Positions 1-8,608 of a stretch of 64,000 nucleotides of DNA are shown one piece after another. The DNA comes from Patescibacteria group bacterium (GTDB lineage: Bacteria; Patescibacteriota; Patescibacteriia; Patescibacteriales; UBA12465), in NCBI GenBank assembly GCA_041651355.1, contig JBAZJK010000001.1, positions 421,883 through 485,882 on the forward strand, read 5' to 3'. Made by a program: the position numbers and the translations under genes. The notes below the pieces were generated by a model, which did no database searches, was not told the DNA's origin, and was given only the letters and a program-made list of their open reading frames with translations. The first letter of the stretch is position 1. The number at the start of each line of letters is the position of its first letter.

Positions 1-1299
1 TCCGCTTAGGACGGTTAAAGAAGCGCCGCCTTCGCGCGAGGCCGCGACTGTTTCTTGGACATGAGCTGATTTCGGACTAGTGAATTTCTTGGTAAATTCC
101 GGAATCAAGGCGGCGCCCAAAGTCCCACAGCTAATGATGGCTGAGAGGATAAGCCAGAGGTCGGCTGATTGGGCGCTTAGCTCGGTGCCAGGGCCGATCA
201 ACAGATAACTAGCCAGGAAGGTCACGATAATTGATAGGAAAGACGTTACCCAAACTAATGAAGTCAGGGGCTTTTCAAAATCAGGATTAAATTCCCGCAA
301 ATAAAAGCGGCTAGTTAGTAGATTGTTGAGCCAATAGGCTAGCAGCGAGGTAACGATCATCAGAATCCTCATTACGAATATCCAGACCAGGAGGCTGTTC
401 TGCAAAGCTGTTTGTTCTGTAGCCGAGAAGCCCAAGCTGGGCAAACCAACGGCCAAAACGATAAAGGAAATAAGGGCAACTCCGGTAACACCATAGGTTT
501 CGAAGCCATCAGCTGTCGGTCCAACACTATCACCGGCATTATCGCCAGTACAATCAGCGATTACTCCTGGATTACGAGGATCGTCTTCTTTGATCTTGAA
601 GACGATTTTCATGAGATCGCTACCAATATCGGCAATTTTAGTAAAGATGCCACCAGCTATCCTTAAAGCGCTTGCCCCTAAAGATTCGCCGATAGCGAAA
701 CCTAAAAAACAGGCACCGGCTAAATGTCGAGGGATGAAAAGCAGGATAAAGAGCATCAGGATTAATTCTACGCAGATCAGCATCACCCCGATACTCATAC
801 CGGAACGCAAAGGAATGGACATCACCTGCCGAGGACGGCCACGTAAAGCGATAAAGGCCATCCGACTGTTAGCTAAAGTGTTCATCCTGATACCGAACCA
901 GGCAACCCCATAAGAGCCAGCGATTCCGATAACCACCCAGGAAAGTATCAATATAACATCGATAACGGAACTGCCCTCGAGATAACCGAAATAAAAAGAT
1001 ACGCAAACCGCGATAAAAAGCAATAAAGCTAGGAGAAATTTGCCCTGTTGAATAAGATAGGTCTTACAGGTTTGGAAGATGGTGGCGGAAACTTGGCTCA
1101 TTTTTTCATGCACCGGAGCCGCTTTTACCTTAGAATACTGGAATAAGCTGAATAAAATTCCAGCCAGGCAGATGAGAGAAAGCCAAAGTAGTAAATCATG
1201 TTGCCCCGAACTAAGTTCAGGAATCTTGAGATCAGCTTCGCTAGCCCAAATGAATAAAGGACTAAGAAGCGCCAGGAAGAACAAACAAATCTTTTTCAT
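1..1299 (-). CDS. hppA: Membrane-bound H+/Na+-translocating pyrophosphatase, N-terminal 433 codons (3' end lies beyond window start)
   Basis: Absent from the ORF track because it runs off the edge. My minus-strand translation from ATG at 1299 reads [12 protein letters not shown]...[58 protein letters not shown], the V-PPase signature, with many hydrophobic helices. The + ORFs 412..913 and 1079..1318 are antisense shadows. Confidence 0.85.
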   Translation of the reverse strand, partial: MKKICLFFLALLSPLFIWASEADLKIPELSSGQHDLLLWLSLICLAGILFSLFQYSKVKAAPVHEKMSQVSATIFQTCKTYLIQQGKFLLALLLFIAVCVSFYFGYLEGSSVIDVILILSWVVIGIAGSYGVAWFGIRMNTLANSRMAFIALRGRPRQVMSIPLRSGMSIGVMLICVELILMLFILLFIPRHLAGACFLGFAIGESLGASALRIAGGIFTKIADIGSDLMKIVFKIKEDDPRNPGVIADCTGDNAGDSVGPTADGFETYGVTGVALISFIVLAVGLPSLGFSATEQTALQNSLLVWIFVMRILMIVTSLLAYWLNNLLTSRFYLREFNPDFEKPLTSLVWVTSFLSIIVTFLASYLLIGPGTELSAQSADLWLILSAIISCGTLGAALIPEFTKKFTSPKSAHVQETVAASREGGASLTVLSG

Positions 1300-1390
1300 G
1301 GTTAAGGGTTTTGGTTAAACATTAGATCCTGATATGGATTGTTTTATGTATTGTTAAAGAAACCTGACTCGTTATGGTTCAGGATTATAA

Positions 1391-1419
1391 ATTTTAAGTA
1401 AAAATAGGTAAATTGTCAA
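1391..1419 (-). promoter_or_regulatory. Sigma70-type promoter upstream of hppA
   Basis: Minus strand reads TTGACA, a 17-nt spacer, then TAAAAT, about 85 nt upstream of the hppA ATG. Confidence 0.45.
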
Positions 1420-1486
1420 ATAGACAAAAAGCTTTCTCTCCAGTCATTTTTTTGCTATGATTTAAGAGTAAAAATAATTATCTTTC

Positions 1487-1517
1487 CGGAATTTAATTTT
1501 TTAAAAAATAAATTCCG
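1487..1517. promoter_or_regulatory. AT-rich palindrome just upstream of ORF 1531
   Basis: CGGAATTTA(A)TTTTTT / AAAAAATAAATTCCG gives 15 paired positions with one bulge. It lies between a weak TTGCTA-N17-TAATTA promoter-like site and the ATG at 1531. Confidence 0.35.
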
Positions 1518-1530
1518 AATTTTAAAATCT

Positions 1531-1839
1531 ATGATGCAAGATAGCGCTTACAAAGCGAATCTGGATCGCTTCCTGGACCAGCTTATCAATGAAAAAGGCC
1601 TAAGCGATAAGGACCCGGAAGTGGCCAAACAAATCAAGGATGATCTCTGGGATTTATTAGACCGAAAATTAGACGCTGTAATCTTGACTAACTTGCCTGA
1701 AGACAAGCTATCCGATTTTGAAGCTTTAATCGATGCTGGCGACCCGGAAGCGGTCAGGAGCTTTATCAGCCAAAATGTACCCGATCTTGATGAAGTAATC
1801 GCCCGCGGATTAATGGAATTCCGCCAAGCCTACGCTTAA
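1531..1839 (+). CDS. Hypothetical acidic helical protein (102 aa)
   Basis: Clean ORF with ATG start that heads a + strand gene run. No motif recognised. Confidence 0.6.
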   Translation: MMQDSAYKANLDRFLDQLINEKGLSDKDPEVAKQIKDDLWDLLDRKLDAVILTNLPEDKLSDFEALIDAGDPEAVRSFISQNVPDLDEVIARGLMEFRQAYA

Positions 1840-1849
1840 TCTCATCAAT

Positions 1850-2044
1850 ATGCCAAAAATCGCTACTAAAAAAACCGAGACGAAACAAGCGGTCTCGGCT
1901 AGCCAAAAGATAGATAAAATCTATCAGGATTTCCTTTTGAAGGTGGCTAAAATCGAAAAAGAAAGAGATTTGAAAATAAGCAAAATAATTAAAAAGGCCG
2001 AGACGGAAAAGATCAAAAAGATCTCGGCTTCTTTTAAAAGATAG
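1850..2044 (+). CDS. Hypothetical small lysine-rich protein (64 aa)
   Basis: ORF packed tightly between 1531..1839 and the 2065 giant gene. Sequence is K/E-rich and helical. Confidence 0.45.
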   Translation: MPKIATKKTETKQAVSASQKIDKIYQDFLLKVAKIEKERDLKISKIIKKAETEKIKKISASFKR

Positions 2045-2064
2045 GAGGACTAATATCAATAAAT

Positions 2065-5000
2065 ATGGACAAAGATAAACAAATGCCTGAGGACTTAAAT
2101 TTAAAGAAAATAGAAAATGAAGAAGGAGCCTCAGAACTTCATATTTACGACCCGGAAGCGCAACCGCAGGAAAAAATTGACGCCGTTGACCAAACATCCC
2201 TAGCCGAAGCGCCCATCCCTGAAGACCTCAAAGACAACCCGGAAATAATCAAGGCTGACAAGGAGGCCGAGGAAAAACTGGCTCAACTTAAAGAAGAAAC
2301 TAGAGCAAAATTAACCAAATTGATTGCGATTGTCGGCGTAGACAGCAAAGCCAGGGATACCGCTATGGACAGAAGCAGCTACGAGATGACTGAAGAAGCC
2401 AGAAAACTGAAATGGGTCAGCGGTTTTTTCAAAAAACTATGGAAACACGGCTTGGCTCGCGACGCCTATCATTTCGACAAGCAGCGCCTGGCTCATAAAA
2501 AGATAATGGAGGAAAATAATATCTTCGCTAATGAAACCGAGGATGATGGCCGGGAAATAAGCCAGGAGATAAAAGCTCAGAAACACCAGGAATTCGCCCG
2601 GGCGACCACGGAAAGATTTTTATCCGAAAATAACGACTTGGTTGAAGAGGCGATCGGAGAAAGGAAGGTGGAAGCTAATAATTTAGACATAAAGGACGAG
2701 ATTAAAAATCTGATCGTTGACTTCGCCAGGGGCGGGATTGACGAAGCCGCTTTTTTGGAAGAGAAAAATCGCATCATCAGCCAAGTGAGAAATACTAATG
2801 AAGCAATCTTGGGTAAGCTACAGGTAGATAATATCTTAGAGGTGGCTAAAGAAGTCAAAGATCTAGCCGAGCACCAAGCTGGTCTGGAAGGAATAGAGTT
2901 CGATATCAATCTGACTTTAGGTAAAGCTGAGGGCGGAATTAAAAAGCAAGGTAATTACAGTAAATTAGAAAGCATTGTTAAAAAGATTAGTAGCCATCCT
3001 TTAGGGGCCGCTGTCTTGAACGAAACCAGCATCGCCGCTTCCGTCATCGCCGCGTCAGCCCTGGCTATCAATACAGGCAGCAAAATGGCCGCCTCCTGGG
3101 GAGGGCGCTTGCTCACCTTCGGCTTAGGAATCGGCATAGCCAGTGGCTTCGCCTATAAGAAAGAAGCCATGCGCACCGAGCATGACCGGGAAAGCCACGA
3201 AAGGGAGCTGGCCAGCAAGGGCGGGCAATTGAAAGACCTAATGGAAGCCGCGCCGGAAGCACCGACCAAGCCAGAGAGCTTCTCTAGCGAAGCGGAGCTT
3301 AAAGAATTCAAGGCAAAGGAAAAGGCCTATAAAAAGGACAAAAGGCGCTGGGAAAGGGATTACGGCCGGCGCCTAGAATTAGAAAAAGCCCGCTATGAAA
3401 GCGTGAAGGCAGAAGATTTGATAAAAAAACTCCAAGCTAACTATAATGACAACGGACAGCTCAAAGACTTGGATCGCTCCGGTTTCGAACAAGCCCTAGG
3501 CGGTCTTAGCGACGCGATCGCCCGTAATAACCTAGCTAATGAAAGAAGAATAGATCTCATTAGCTATTCAGCCATCTCCCAAGTAGAAAGTGAAAGAACT
3601 GAACTTTTGAAAACTATCAGTCGCCTCAAGGTTGACTTGAAAAGATTCCTGGAAACTAAAGAGGGCGAGAATCTGGAGCCGGATGATACCGAGGAAATCG
3701 CCGACCTTAGATTTGAGATCAGCCAATTAGAAAAGACTTTGGAAACAACCCGCGACCAAGAGGTTTTTCGTAATCTAGAAGAACAGATACAACAGAAGAA
3801 ACTCGAGTTAGAGAGGCTGATCGCTATCAACAGGGCTAACACCAAGCTGCCACAAGCTACTGAACTAAAAGACCTGATAGACCTCGGGGCATCTGCTCAA
3901 GCTCAGGAACTGCAGAAGGATATCACTGAAAAAGATAAGTTATTCAGGAAGATAAAAAGCGCTCGGGCTTGGAAAGCGGCTAAATGGACGGCGATTATCG
4001 GCACGACTCTCGGCCTAGCCGCCCAAGAAATCGGGGCCGCTTTAAGTGACAAGATGCAGGGAATTTTCGAACACATAAAAGCCCCGGGTATTAATAACCA
4101 ATTCACCGCCTTAGAAGCCCTAAGACGTTTTATGGAGGGCAACTTCGAGGCCGCCAACCTTCCGATGCATGAAGTCCCTCTAGGGCATAATATATTACAA
4201 CTGCCTGAAGGGGTTGATTTAGCCCCGGGAAAAAACGGTCTCTTTGATTTAATCAGCCATGGCCAGAAAATAGCTGAGGGTTTAAGCCTGGAAAGCGACG
4301 GCACTCTGACCGACAGTGCCAAATCGATATTAGAACAAGCCGGAATCGCCACCAATGAAACAGCGGAAAATATTATCAGGGAAGGAACCACCACGGCTGA
4401 TGCTCATGGCCTTTTGGATAATTTCCAAAAGAATGGCGCCAATGTGGAAGGAATAAAACGCCTGCTATGGTTTGATAATAACACTCCCGCCCCTAAATTC
4501 GACTTCAATGAACTGAAAGAATTTCTCCATTTAAATGGCAATGGCGATTACGCCTTTGATATTAAGAGTATGGCTCCAGAAGGGTCTTTCCATGGAGCGG
4601 ATGCCGCCAATGCTCAGGCCTTAATGGCAGAAGGCAAGATGAATATCCTACTTTCTTTGAGCCGAGAAACGCAAAATGAAATAATCAAGATCCCGGTAGG
4701 GCCGGACGGCCTAGCAATTATTGACAAGGGAAGCGAAATCGGACAGAAACTTTTTGCTATCGTCAACGGCGAGCCAACTTCGCTAGCCAAATATGCCGAA
4801 GTCGCCTATGAAGCCGGCGTTAGTCCGGATGGCAAATCCTTACAGAAAATCTTGGCCACGGTAGTGGGTCAAGGCGTGGAAGGCGGAGAGATAAAGACCG
4901 AAGTAGTCGATACGATATATAAGACCAGCTTGAATGGTTCTAACACCTGGGCCATGTCTTATTTCATCCCAGTCAACATCAGAAGACCTTTAGAAAAACT

Positions 5001-5898
5001 GCGCAATCTCTTTACTAAAAAGAATAAAGAAGAACAGCCTAATCGAAACGAATTGGGTCCAGAACCGGAAATACAAAGAGAAAATATCGACGGACTCGAC
5101 CAGGAAATCCCGGTTGCGGCCACCTTAAGCCCGGAACAAGAGGAAGAAAGACTGCAGCAACTAGAAAGGACTTTGGAAACCACTAGGGATCCAAAGGTAT
5201 TCAGGAGCATTGAAGACCAGATAATCGCCGGCAGAGCGGCTCAGAAAGCAGAGAAGGCTGAATCCTTAGAACCATCCACTCCGGAAAAAAGGGAAAATGC
5301 CAACGATAATAAAGACAAGATTAAACAAATCCAAGAAGATTACCAAAAATACTATAACGAATTAAAAGAAAGGGAAGAGGAAATAAAACGAGTCATTTGG
5401 GATAAAGAAAAAGTTGCCAGCTTCGAAAAAGCTAAAGCCCACATCGAGGGTAAAATGAAAGAACTTTTAGCTAGGGAGGCCAATATCATAGATGCCGAAC
5501 AACTTAAAAACCTAAACGACGAAGAAGCTAAATGGCAGCAAGAACTAGAACAGGAAAGCGAACTAGCTGTTCGTAGCGGTCTGGATAAAGGAGAAAAATT
5601 CCAGAGAAATAGGGATAAGATACTAAAAAAAATAGACGATCTAAAAATCCAACAAGACCCAATAAAAAGCCGCATGATTGACAGGACAGAAAGCGAAGAT
5701 AGCTTCTTTGAGACCCTGGATTTAATGGGACCAATACAGAATGGTTCAAACACCAATTATGATACAAATTATTTCCGCAACTTGCTTAACAATCCCGACA
5801 CTATAAATTTGAACCAGATTCCTAATAAATATAACCTTCCTAATAAATTTAAAAAATTAAGGATGAAGAAGGGGCCAAGCTGGAAAATATTATCATAA
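2065..5898 (+). CDS. Giant membrane-anchored coiled-coil protein (1277 aa), function unknown
   Basis: Uninterrupted 3.8-kb ORF. Hydrophobic segments are HPLGAAVLNETSIAASVIAASALAI...LLTFGLGIGIASGFAY and AAKWTAIIGTTLGLAAQEIGAAL. It has long E/K-rich heptad-like stretches and an internal repeated motif. Confidence 0.8.
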   Translation: MDKDKQMPEDLNLKKIENEEGASELHIYDPEAQPQEKIDAVDQTSLAEAPIPEDLKDNPEIIKADKEAEEKLAQLKEETRAKLTKLIAIVGVDSKARDTAMDRSSYEMTEEARKLKWVSGFFKKLWKHGLARDAYHFDKQRLAHKKIMEENNIFANETEDDGREISQEIKAQKHQEFARATTERFLSENNDLVEEAIGERKVEANNLDIKDEIKNLIVDFARGGIDEAAFLEEKNRIISQVRNTNEAILGKLQVDNILEVAKEVKDLAEHQAGLEGIEFDINLTLGKAEGGIKKQGNYSKLESIVKKISSHPLGAAVLNETSIAASVIAASALAINTGSKMAASWGGRLLTFGLGIGIASGFAYKKEAMRTEHDRESHERELASKGGQLKDLMEAAPEAPTKPESFSSEAELKEFKAKEKAYKKDKRRWERDYGRRLELEKARYESVKAEDLIKKLQANYNDNGQLKDLDRSGFEQALGGLSDAIARNNLANERRIDLISYSAISQVESERTELLKTISRLKVDLKRFLETKEGENLEPDDTEEIADLRFEISQLEKTLETTRDQEVFRNLEEQIQQKKLELERLIAINRANTKLPQATELKDLIDLGASAQAQELQKDITEKDKLFRKIKSARAWKAAKWTAIIGTTLGLAAQEIGAALSDKMQGIFEHIKAPGINNQFTALEALRRFMEGNFEAANLPMHEVPLGHNILQLPEGVDLAPGKNGLFDLISHGQKIAEGLSLESDGTLTDSAKSILEQAGIATNETAENIIREGTTTADAHGLLDNFQKNGANVEGIKRLLWFDNNTPAPKFDFNELKEFLHLNGNGDYAFDIKSMAPEGSFHGADAANAQALMAEGKMNILLSLSRETQNEIIKIPVGPDGLAIIDKGSEIGQKLFAIVNGEPTSLAKYAEVAYEAGVSPDGKSLQKILATVVGQGVEGGEIKTEVVDTIYKTSLNGSNTWAMSYFIPVNIRRPLEKLRNLFTKKNKEEQPNRNELGPEPEIQRENIDGLDQEIPVAATLSPEQEEERLQQLERTLETTRDPKVFRSIEDQIIAGRAAQKAEKAESLEPSTPEKRENANDNKDKIKQIQEDYQKYYNELKEREEEIKRVIWDKEKVASFEKAKAHIEGKMKELLAREANIIDAEQLKNLNDEEAKWQQELEQESELAVRSGLDKGEKFQRNRDKILKKIDDLKIQQDPIKSRMIDRTESEDSFFETLDLMGPIQNGSNTNYDTNYFRNLLNNPDTINLNQIPNKYNLPNKFKKLRMKKGPSWKILS
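3727..3789 (+). repeat. Internal repeat copy 1 in the giant protein (LEKTLETTRDQEVFRNLEEQI)
   Basis: About 63 nt that is similar at both nucleotide and protein level to 5161..5223. Confidence 0.7.
5161..5223 (+). repeat. Internal repeat copy 2 in the giant protein (LERTLETTRDPKVFRSIEDQI)
   Basis: 15 of 21 residues are identical to copy 1. Confidence 0.7.
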
Positions 5899-5917
5899 AA
5901 TAGCGACTCAGACTGAT

Positions 5918-5947
5918 AAAAAAGAGCCTAAAATAAGGCTCTTTTTT
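5918..5947 (+). terminator. Rho-independent terminator after the giant gene
   Basis: AGAGCCT-aaaata-AGGCTCT stem-loop flanked by an A-run and a T6 tract. Confidence 0.65.
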
Positions 5948-5950
5948 ATA

Positions 5951-5977
5951 TTGACAAAAACTATGAAATGTTATAAA
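5951..5977 (+). promoter_or_regulatory. Sigma70-type promoter for ORF 6037
   Basis: TTGACA at 5951, then TGTTATAAA (extended -10) with a 15-nt spacer. Shares TTTTTTATATTGACAAA with the 22009 promoter. Confidence 0.5.
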
Positions 5978-6036
5978 TTATAAAGCTAAACTTAGTTCAT
6001 TCAAAATAAACCCATAAAAAACCAAAATCTGTAAAC

Positions 6037-7128
6037 ATGAAAAAACACCTGATTTTCCTACTGCTTATCCTGGCTGGTAACAGCTACGGACAGAAAATGA
6101 GCGTCCATTGGTACCTACCGACCCTCGACGCTATCCAGGCGATGAATATCGCCAAATATGACCTCATAGTCCTCGACTATGAAAATAAGTTCAACAACAG
6201 CGAGAGCATTGACCTGATTATTGAAAGAAACTCGAATGCCAAAATCCTCTATTACTGGAACTATGTCGAATGGTTCCGTCCGATGTTTCCCGATAAGCCC
6301 TGGTCGATTAAGATGCTAGCCGAACTGGAAAAACGCCCCGGATACTGGCTGAAGCAAACTGATAAAAAACCATTGGTCTTTTGGTCGGGCATGGAAATGA
6401 TGAATATCACGGATTACTGCCCAAAAATCAAGGGTGAAAATTACCGGGAATTTATCACTAAACATTTGCTAAAAGATATTATATCGGATCCGCGCTGCCA
6501 AGGGATTTTCTTGGACAATATCTGGGCCACTCTGGATTGGCTGGGCAAATACGGGAAAAACGAGAGCATTGATGCTAATGGGGATGGAAAAATGGATAGC
6601 CCGGCTGAACTTAACGCTTCCTATCTAAGGGAAGCCAGGCAGTTCATCGCGGAAATCCGTAAAGCCAAGGGTAAAAATTTCATTATCATTACCAATCCCA
6701 TCAACGCCACCCTGCTGGACTTAGTGGATGGCAAAAATATGGAAAATTTCCCTGACTTATACTTAGGTAGCACTAAAAACGGCGGCTGGGATATCAATAT
6801 GACCTATGCCGATAACGGCAAGCGCTACAACATCTTCAACGCCCGGGCTGATAACCTATTCTTCACCATTTGCAGCGCCATGCTGCTTGATGACGTATAC
6901 GTCTCCTTCCAACAGAATACTTTTTGGAAGGATGAGTACCAACTTAATCTCGGGAAGGCCCTGGGCAAGAAAGAATCGGAAGCAGGTAGCCAGACCATCC
7001 AGAAAAGAGAGTATGAAAATGGCACCGTTATCGTCAACGCTACCCTGGGTAAAGCCAAGATAAAATACCGTAACGGTACTGTTAGAAGCTCTTTCCAATT
7101 AGAGACTGACTCTGCGTCTATCAAGTAA
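6037..7128 (+). CDS. Secreted protein, putative glycoside-hydrolase-like TIM-barrel; paralog of the N-terminal domain of 26400..28358
   Basis: Signal peptide MKKHLIFLLLILAGNSYGQ. Alignable to 26400..28358 (W..L......A.AK.D..VLD..., FW.G....N..., G.F.DN.W). The hydrolase assignment is only my recollection of GHL15/GH114-like families. Confidence 0.6.
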   Translation: MKKHLIFLLLILAGNSYGQKMSVHWYLPTLDAIQAMNIAKYDLIVLDYENKFNNSESIDLIIERNSNAKILYYWNYVEWFRPMFPDKPWSIKMLAELEKRPGYWLKQTDKKPLVFWSGMEMMNITDYCPKIKGENYREFITKHLLKDIISDPRCQGIFLDNIWATLDWLGKYGKNESIDANGDGKMDSPAELNASYLREARQFIAEIRKAKGKNFIIITNPINATLLDLVDGKNMENFPDLYLGSTKNGGWDINMTYADNGKRYNIFNARADNLFFTICSAMLLDDVYVSFQQNTFWKDEYQLNLGKALGKKESEAGSQTIQKREYENGTVIVNATLGKAKIKYRNGTVRSSFQLETDSASIK

Positions 7129-7150
7129 GGTTCTAATTCTTTCACAAAAC

Positions 7151-7180
7151 AAAAAGCCGTCCCAATGAGGATGGCTTTTT
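7151..7180. terminator. Bidirectional terminator between convergent genes
   Basis: GCCGTCC-caatga-GGATGGC stem (one G-U pair) flanked by an A-run and a T-run. Confidence 0.55.
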
Positions 7181-7195
7181 CTGTATCAAAATATG

Positions 7196-8548
7196 TTATG
7201 CTGCTTGATCCGCCTTTTTGGCCTGAACCGCGATTAATCCCCCTAAAAGGGCCCACCAACTCCACTGCAAGGCAGAATCATTCAAGATGTTGTCCCCAAA
7301 GCTTAAAGCATATAAGGCCAAACCGAGGGCGAGGACGAAAAGATTGATCATTTTGAGCCTCGGAGCTGAGGTTCTAAAGTAATTATCTTTCAGTTGCCAC
7401 AGCAAGCTAATGATTAACAAAAGATAGAGGGATAGGCCGATTAAACCGCTATCGATGGCTACGCGCAAAAAATCATTATGCGGTTCATTAGACCCTAAGC
7501 GCCAATCACGGTTTTGGGCGATAACCGTCGAAGCCAAACCGCTGCCATAGCCCAGTAAGGGCTCACGTTTTATATAAGAAAGTTCATCGCGCCACAAGCT
7601 TATCCGCCAAGAGATCGAACCATAGGGATCAGATTGAAAGATGCTATTAAAACGACCGGAGATGGTATTAGAGGAAAGATATAACAAAAAGATAAAGGCT
7701 AAAGCAACAAATAAAAATTTGCGGAACTTCAAGGCACCGACAATAAAAACGATTGCCAGGAGAACTAAATAGGCTCCCCGGGTATAGGTGAAAAATAAGG
7801 TAATAGTAAAAATTAAGGCTAACAGCCAATACCAATACATCTCCACCCGATCTTTCTTCAAATTCAAACCGATAAACACCGCTAAAGTAATAATAAGAGT
7901 CAGAAAGAAGGCCAACATATTAGGATGGGCGAAGGTACCAAAGAGCCGATTCTGATTGCCTTCGATCAAACCGCTATAGCTAGCTAGTTGCCATAGAGCC
8001 ACCGCCACCGGAATAAAAGCCGAAAAGATAATTACTTTTATCAAATCAGTCAGGTCTTGATTATTCCTGATCAAGCCTAGGCCGAGTATAAAAGCGGCCA
8101 GGAAGCTAGCTAAGCGAGCTAGTTCAACCAGACTGGAACTAGGCGCGAATGACCACAACAGGGAAGCTAAAGACCAAAATATAAAAGCTGACCAAAAAAA
8201 CAAAACTTTCTTACCCCCTAATTTAGAGAAAGAAAAATGACCACCGAGGTAAAGATAAAGGGCAAAAATAATAAAAATCAAGCTATAAAGAGAAGCTAGA
8301 TTCAGACTCCAAGAAGAAAAATTGATTAGCTTATAAGAAGTGGAAAAATCTAAGATGGGACGCAAAAATATAAAAAGGAAAAAACCGGCACGCGGCGCAA
8401 AAAAGCTAAGCGCCAAAATATACAAAGCTAAAGAAAAAAGTAGTTTAAGCAAGACTGGCCAAGCTGCAAACAGCCATAATAAGGCTAAAAATATAGTAAT
8501 TATTGAGAGACTGAGCAGGGCAGGAGCAGTCTTTAGTTTGTCGAGCAT
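7196..8548 (-). CDS. O-antigen ligase/polymerase-like (Wzy_C family) polytopic membrane protein
   Basis: About 10-12 hydrophobic helices. Motifs TYTRGAYL and EPHNDFLRVAIDSGLIGL are typical of the O-antigen ligase family. Confidence 0.75.
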   Translation of the reverse strand: MLDKLKTAPALLSLSIITIFLALLWLFAAWPVLLKLLFSLALYILALSFFAPRAGFFLFIFLRPILDFSTSYKLINFSSWSLNLASLYSLIFIIFALYLYLGGHFSFSKLGGKKVLFFWSAFIFWSLASLLWSFAPSSSLVELARLASFLAAFILGLGLIRNNQDLTDLIKVIIFSAFIPVAVALWQLASYSGLIEGNQNRLFGTFAHPNMLAFFLTLIITLAVFIGLNLKKDRVEMYWYWLLALIFTITLFFTYTRGAYLVLLAIVFIVGALKFRKFLFVALAFIFLLYLSSNTISGRFNSIFQSDPYGSISWRISLWRDELSYIKREPLLGYGSGLASTVIAQNRDWRLGSNEPHNDFLRVAIDSGLIGLSLYLLLIISLLWQLKDNYFRTSAPRLKMINLFVLALGLALYALSFGDNILNDSALQWSWWALLGGLIAVQAKKADQAA

Positions 8549-8608
8549 ATTATGCTATAATTAATTTACCTTAATTTTACCCTAATTTTTTGCCAAAAGT
8601 CAAAATTT

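Noticed and set aside
412-1318. Tracked + strand ORFs 412..666, 590..913 and 1079..1318
   Set aside because: They have low-complexity translations and lie entirely antisense to a pyrophosphatase gene with strong motifs on the minus strand (1..1299).
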